Shown piece after piece: positions 16,531-20,306 of a DNA stretch of 20,306 nucleotides (position 1 is the first letter of the stretch; every line of letters starts with the position of its first letter). The position numbers and the translations under genes are program-made. The notes beneath the pieces were generated by a model. It did not search any database and had not been told where the DNA came from. It saw only the letters and a list, made by a program, of their open reading frames with translations. Origin of the DNA: Cyanophyceae cyanobacterium (GTDB lineage: Bacteria; Cyanobacteriota; Cyanobacteriia; Cyanobacteriales; JBHJGN01); the NCBI GenBank assembly GCA_050331735.1, contig JBHJGN010000076.1, positions 1 to 20,306 of the forward strand. The letters run 5' to 3'.

Positions 16531-17691
16531 TTACAATTCAGCCCCTCGTCCTTTCTGAGGAAACAGTCCTGCTGGTTTAATTTGCAGAAAAGCAATAATG
16601 AGAGCGAAAATTAGCACTTTCGCCATACTTGTCGTTGCAAAGAACGTCAAAAAATCAACCACCGGCTGCCATCCTTGTGCCGATGTCAACAATAGTGCCA
16701 AAATTCCAGAGCCGACGAGGTAATTAAGAATACCAATGGCTAGAGCGGCAATGATCGTGCCGACTAAGTTGCCCACGCCGCCTACCACCACGACCATAAA
16801 CGTATCGACGATATAGTTTTGCCCGGTATTAGGACCGACAGACCCCAACAGACTGATGGCGCAGCCTGCTATCCCGGCTAACCCCGAACCAAGAGCAAAC
16901 GTGAGGGCATCTACCTTCGCTGTCGGAATGCCGAGACAGGCACTCATGCTGCGGTTTTGCGTTACCGAACGAATGCGCAAGCCCCAGCTAGAACGGTTCA
17001 AAAACCAATAGGTGCCCAGGACGCAAACGACGGTCAACACAATAATAAATAAACGAGCGTAGGGAAGCTGAAAGCTACCGATTGGGAGACCCCCCCGCAG
17101 CCACGTTGGGGCGGTGACATCGACATTTCTAGCGCTAAACCAGGGACGAGTGATGGCAGCTTGGTTAGTTTGATTGAGGAAAACACCTACAGCAGTGGCG
17201 ATCGCCCCACAAAGCACCAGCAACACAGCCGTTATCCAACGGCGAACGTCTTCAGTCCGGCGACGAAGCAGCCACTGTCCCCCAAAAAACAGCAGACAAA
17301 AAACGGCAATTCCCGCTACGAGAACCCAATTAACACTGCGGACAAACTGACGCAGAATCAGGCTCACTCCCCAAGTTGCTAAGAGCGTTTCTAACGGTCG
17401 CCCGTAGAGAAAGCGAATCACGCCTCGCTCTAAGACTAAACCAACTAAACCAGCCACTAAGAAGGCAACTGGCAAAGCAAAAAGAATATAAAGACCAAAG
17501 AGGGGTTCGCCCAAAGGCTTAAAGACATTCTGCACCACAAATGTCGTGTACGCCCCTAACATAATCAGTTCCCCGTGAGCCAGGTTAATCACGCCCATGA
17601 GTCCGAACACAATTGCTAACCCGAGGGCGGCAATCAGCAGCACGGCACCGATGCTGATCCCATTAAACAAGGCTTCTAAGAGTGGTAACAT
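16531..17691 (-). CDS. urtB: Urea ABC transporter permease
   Basis: GLAIVFGLMGVINLAHGE, LYGRPLETLLATWG, VGPNTGQNYIVDTFMVVVVGGVG, PAGLFPQKGR. Confidence 0.96.
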   Translation of the reverse strand: MLPLLEALFNGISIGAVLLIAALGLAIVFGLMGVINLAHGELIMLGAYTTFVVQNVFKPLGEPLFGLYILFALPVAFLVAGLVGLVLERGVIRFLYGRPLETLLATWGVSLILRQFVRSVNWVLVAGIAVFCLLFFGGQWLLRRRTEDVRRWITAVLLVLCGAIATAVGVFLNQTNQAAITRPWFSARNVDVTAPTWLRGGLPIGSFQLPYARLFIIVLTVVCVLGTYWFLNRSSWGLRIRSVTQNRSMSACLGIPTAKVDALTFALGSGLAGIAGCAISLLGSVGPNTGQNYIVDTFMVVVVGGVGNLVGTIIAALAIGILNYLVGSGILALLLTSAQGWQPVVDFLTFFATTSMAKVLIFALIIAFLQIKPAGLFPQKGRGAEL

Positions 17692-17706
17692 CTGAGGAAT
17701 ATTTAA

Positions 17707-17827
17707 CAGTGAGCAGTGAACAGTTACCAGGGATCAGCGACCAGTAAACAACTTTATGGGGTTGAAGTCTCCTCTTTTGAAGAAAACAAAGAGCTGTTTC
17801 TTGACAATTGATGGTAACTGGTAACTG
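17707..17827. repeat. STRR-like heptamer arrays in the urtA-urtB spacer
   Basis: Six in-phase CAG heptamers CAGTGAG CAGTGAA CAGTTAC CAGGGAT CAGCGAC CAGTAAA (17707-17748) and inverted GTAACTG x2 (17814-17827). Confidence 0.75.
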
Positions 17828-17851
17828 AACTAGAGGGAATTTTCATCAGAC

Positions 17852-17884
17852 AAGAAAAGGCAAAAGAACTCTCTCTTGCCTTTT
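17852..17884 (-). terminator. Stem-loop/terminator just downstream of urtA
   Basis: AAAAGGCAA (17855-17863) pairs with TTGCCTTTT (17876-17884); minus strand ends ...GCCTTTTCTT. Confidence 0.65.
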
Positions 17885-17904
17885 GTGCTGTGTTCGACGT
17901 TCGT

Positions 17905-19221
17905 TTAGGTTCCCTCAACCTTGTATTTGCTGCCTTTATTAGGGTCGGTATGGTCGCAGGCAAACCCTTTCGTCTCCGGTACGTACTGGTTCCAGGGAAT
18001 CGGATCTACCGGACCGTCACTAGCCCAAACAATTTCAAATAAGCCATCATCACGAACTTCGCCAATACGCACAGTTTGGGAGATATGGTGATTAGGCTGC
18101 ATCGTCACCGTTCCTTGAGGAGCATCGTAGGTTTGACCGATCGCCGCAGCGCGAACTTGCTCGAGGTCGTCTGCCGTTCCCGCTTTCTCTACCGCCTGCT
18201 TCCACAGATACACCATGATGTAGGCAGACTCCATTGGGTCGTTTGTCACGCGGTCTTCGCCGTACTCCTGCTTAAACGCTTGAACAAACTCTTCATTTCT
18301 AGGAGTATCTACCGTCTGGTAATAGTTCCATGATGCATAGTGACCCTGAAGGTATTCAGGACCGATTTGCCGCACCTCTTCTTCAGCAATGCTGACCGAC
18401 ATCACCGGATACTGATCGGGACCAAGTCCAGCTCCCTGCATCTGCTTAAAGAAAGCAACGTTGCTGTCTCCGTTGAGGGTGTTAAAAATAACGCCCCCAT
18501 TGGGAAGCGCCTGCTTAATCTTAGTAATAATCGGGGTGACTTCTGTATTGCCTAAAGGCAGGTAGTCTTCACCAACGATCTCGCCGCCTTTTGCCTGTAC
18601 CTGCTCTTTAATAATAGTGTTTGCTGTGCGGGGGAAAACGTAGTCAGAACCAACCAGGAAAAACTGTTGCCCTTTATTTTCCATCAGCCAATCGACGGCT
18701 GGCTCAATCTGCTGATTAGGGGCAGCCCCCGTATAGAAGACGTTTTGAGAACATTCCTGTCCTTCGTACTGCACCGGATACCAAAGCAGATGGTCTTTAG
18801 ATTCAAATACTGGCAGCACCGCCTTGCGAGAAGCAGAAGTCCAGCAGCCAAAAACGGTAACAACATTATCTTGGTCGATCAGCTTAGTCGCTTTTTCGGC
18901 AAAGGTGGGCCAGTCAGAAGCGCCATCTTCTTCAATGGCCTCAATTTGCCTGCCCAGAACGCCTCCAGCTTCATTAATTTGCTTAATGGCGAGCTTTTCT
19001 GCTTCGACAACCGTGGTTTCGCTAATCGCCATGGTGCCGCTCAAGGAGTGAAGCAAACCAACTTTGATCGTGTCACCGCTACTAGCAGCAGTGGTGCTTC
19101 CCGCATCAGAGGAGTCTGTTTGAGGCTGCTCGCCGTTCGAGCAAGCTTTGAGCAGTAAACTAGTGCCGATTCCGGCTGAGCCATAGATTAAAAACTTTCT
19201 TCGACCAAATCTTCCTGTCAT
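17905..19221 (-). CDS. urtA: Urea ABC transporter substrate-binding lipoprotein
   Basis: [11 protein letters not shown]...LLKAC (Tat-like lipoprotein signal), [47 protein letters not shown] 19221 preferred. Confidence 0.97.
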   Translation of the reverse strand: MTGRFGRRKFLIYGSAGIGTSLLLKACSNGEQPQTDSSDAGSTTAASSGDTIKVGLLHSLSGTMAISETTVVEAEKLAIKQINEAGGVLGRQIEAIEEDGASDWPTFAEKATKLIDQDNVVTVFGCWTSASRKAVLPVFESKDHLLWYPVQYEGQECSQNVFYTGAAPNQQIEPAVDWLMENKGQQFFLVGSDYVFPRTANTIIKEQVQAKGGEIVGEDYLPLGNTEVTPIITKIKQALPNGGVIFNTLNGDSNVAFFKQMQGAGLGPDQYPVMSVSIAEEEVRQIGPEYLQGHYASWNYYQTVDTPRNEEFVQAFKQEYGEDRVTNDPMESAYIMVYLWKQAVEKAGTADDLEQVRAAAIGQTYDAPQGTVTMQPNHHISQTVRIGEVRDDGLFEIVWASDGPVDPIPWNQYVPETKGFACDHTDPNKGSKYKVEGT

Positions 19222-19281
19222 CGTGTTATGTAAGGTAAAGAGTTTCAGTATCAAAGAAGACACAAACAAGTCAAGAACAGT

Positions 19282-19323
19282 ATAGTAAAGCTACCGGGGA
19301 CAGACAACTGTAGCTTTATATAC
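19282..19323 (-). promoter_or_regulatory. Canonical NtcA-activated (class II) promoter of urtABCDE
   Basis: Minus strand GTATATAAAGCTAC (19323-19310, GTA-N8-TAC), a 22-nt spacer, then TACTAT (19287-19282, TAN3T). Confidence 0.88.
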
Positions 19324-19391
19324 CAATCTCTCTCCAGGCGGATGCAAAAGTCGGCAGAAAGCGTCGGTTGAACGCGGTTTCTCTGAAAAAA

Positions 19392-19445
19392 TAGCTGTTA
19401 GCCGTTAGCTCGTAGCCAATCAGCGTCGGCAAGCTAATAGCTAAA
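19392..19445. repeat. STRR-like TAGC heptamers downstream of ureG
   Basis: TAGCTGT TAGCCGT TAGCTCG TAGCCAA (19392-19419) and AGCTAAT AGCTAAA (19432-19445) in inverted sense. Confidence 0.6.
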
Positions 19446-19448
19446 AGC

Positions 19449-20048
19449 TTACACAACAAGATGATGCTGTATAAAGCTGATGACGGTGTCTAGACCTTGC
19501 TGAGTTTTCAAATTAGTAAAGACAAAAGGGTTGTCTTGGCGCATCTTCTTAGCATCTCTCTTCATGATGTTGAGATCCGCGCCAACCAAAGGAGCTAAAT
19601 CAATTTTGTTGATGACTAAGAGATCGGACTTGGTTATTCCCGGTCCTCCTTTGCGAGGAATCTTGTCGCCAGCAGCTACATCAATCACGTAGATCGTGAG
19701 ATCGACAAGTTCCGGGCTAAAGGTAGCTGCTAAATTGTCGCCGCCGCTTTCTAAAAAAACCAAATCTAACTCCGCAAAGCGATTCTCTAGCTGCTCTACT
19801 GCTGACAAATTGATCGAGGCATCTTCTCGAATTGCCGTATGCGGACACCCTCCCGTTTCTACGCCCAGAATCCTTTCCTGGCTTAACGCCTGAGAGCGAA
19901 CCAAGAACTGAGCGTCTTCTTGAGTATAAATATCGTTAGTGACGACAGCAATTTGATACCGTTGTCGCAGCGCTTTACAGAGGGCGTCCAGTAAGGCTGT
20001 TTTTCCAGAGCCAACGGGACCAGCAATACCAATACGAAATGCGCTCAT
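19449..20048 (-). CDS. ureG: Urease accessory GTPase UreG
   Basis: [52 protein letters not shown]. Confidence 0.98.
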   Translation of the reverse strand: MSAFRIGIAGPVGSGKTALLDALCKALRQRYQIAVVTNDIYTQEDAQFLVRSQALSQERILGVETGGCPHTAIREDASINLSAVEQLENRFAELDLVFLESGGDNLAATFSPELVDLTIYVIDVAAGDKIPRKGGPGITKSDLLVINKIDLAPLVGADLNIMKRDAKKMRQDNPFVFTNLKTQQGLDTVISFIQHHLVV

Positions 20049-20167
20049 AACTATCTAATTTACTAGAGTTGAAAAAGCTGGCAGCAATTTTGGCACAGAT
20101 CGCGCCATACAAGTATTATGCTATCTGTCTAGGGTTGTCAGTTACAATTACTCTCCGTCTGGTCGTC

Positions 20168-20306
20168 ATGAACTACCCCTGCTTACTTCGTTGAAGCAGG
20201 GGTTTCTAGCTTCGCAGGAAATTGCCTTGTCTTAGTCTTGCGACCGCGAGTTGGTCTGACATTTCCTCCACTAGCAGAGACGGGTGTTCCCTCCGTCTTT
20301 AGTAGT
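20168..20306 (-). mobile_element. Right end of an IS200/IS605-family (TnpB) element, truncated by the window edge
   Basis: Subterminal 10-bp hairpin ACCCCTGCTT/AAGCAGGGGT (20175-20203), followed on the minus strand by AGTTCAT; overlaps a TnpB-like C-terminus. Confidence 0.8.
20183..20306 (-). CDS. tnpB: RNA-guided endonuclease TnpB, last 40 codons
   Basis: Manual translation LLKTEGTPVSASGGNVRPTRGRKTKTRQFPAKLETPASTK* resembles cyanobacterial TnpB tails; stop lies in the terminal hairpin; catalytic motifs would be outside the window. Confidence 0.72.
   Translation of the reverse strand, partial: LLKTEGTPVSASGGNVRPTRGRKTKTRQFPAKLETPASTK

Larger units (their letters stand above)
1469..17205. 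repeat. HIP1 octamer GCGATCGC, dispersed
   Basis: Copies start at 1469, 1572, 2717, 4631, 6907, 7089, 8820, 11239, 12741, 13504, 14045, 15743, 16439 and 17198; a hallmark of cyanobacterial genomes. Confidence 0.95.

Noticed and set aside
17754..19158. ORF 17754-17963 and antisense ORFs over urtA (e.g. 18667-19158)
   Set aside because: They overlap urtA, its terminator and STRR repeats, consistent with shadow frames.
19280..19294. Second NtcA-like site GTA...TAC
   Set aside because: The spacer is 9 nt rather than 8 and it overlaps the -10 box.

Overview
Cyanobacterial chromosomal window (14 HIP1 octamers GCGATCGC counted), mostly core genes: 5' end of ndhF1, CPD photolyase, a nucleotide-sugar epimerase, purD, nblS/hik33, two conserved hypotheticals, a phasin-like protein, an FKBP PPIase, pcrA, the urea ABC transporter urtABCDE with a canonical NtcA promoter, and ureG. 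A small accessory-looking module (LysR regulator, 4-TM protein, lipoprotein histidine phosphatase) lies between pcrA and urtE. The window ends in the 3' end and right-end hairpin of a TnpB-encoding IS200/IS605 element just upstream of ureG. I see no clearly new multi-gene system. The most unusual signals are non-coding: a highly structured ~170-nt segment upstream of the photolyase with competing terminator/antiterminator folds and a 40-codon ORF, arrays of sequence-variable mini-palindromes in purine/pyrimidine tracts, and a terminator-like hairpin inside the urt operon. All hairpins were paired by eye, not computed.
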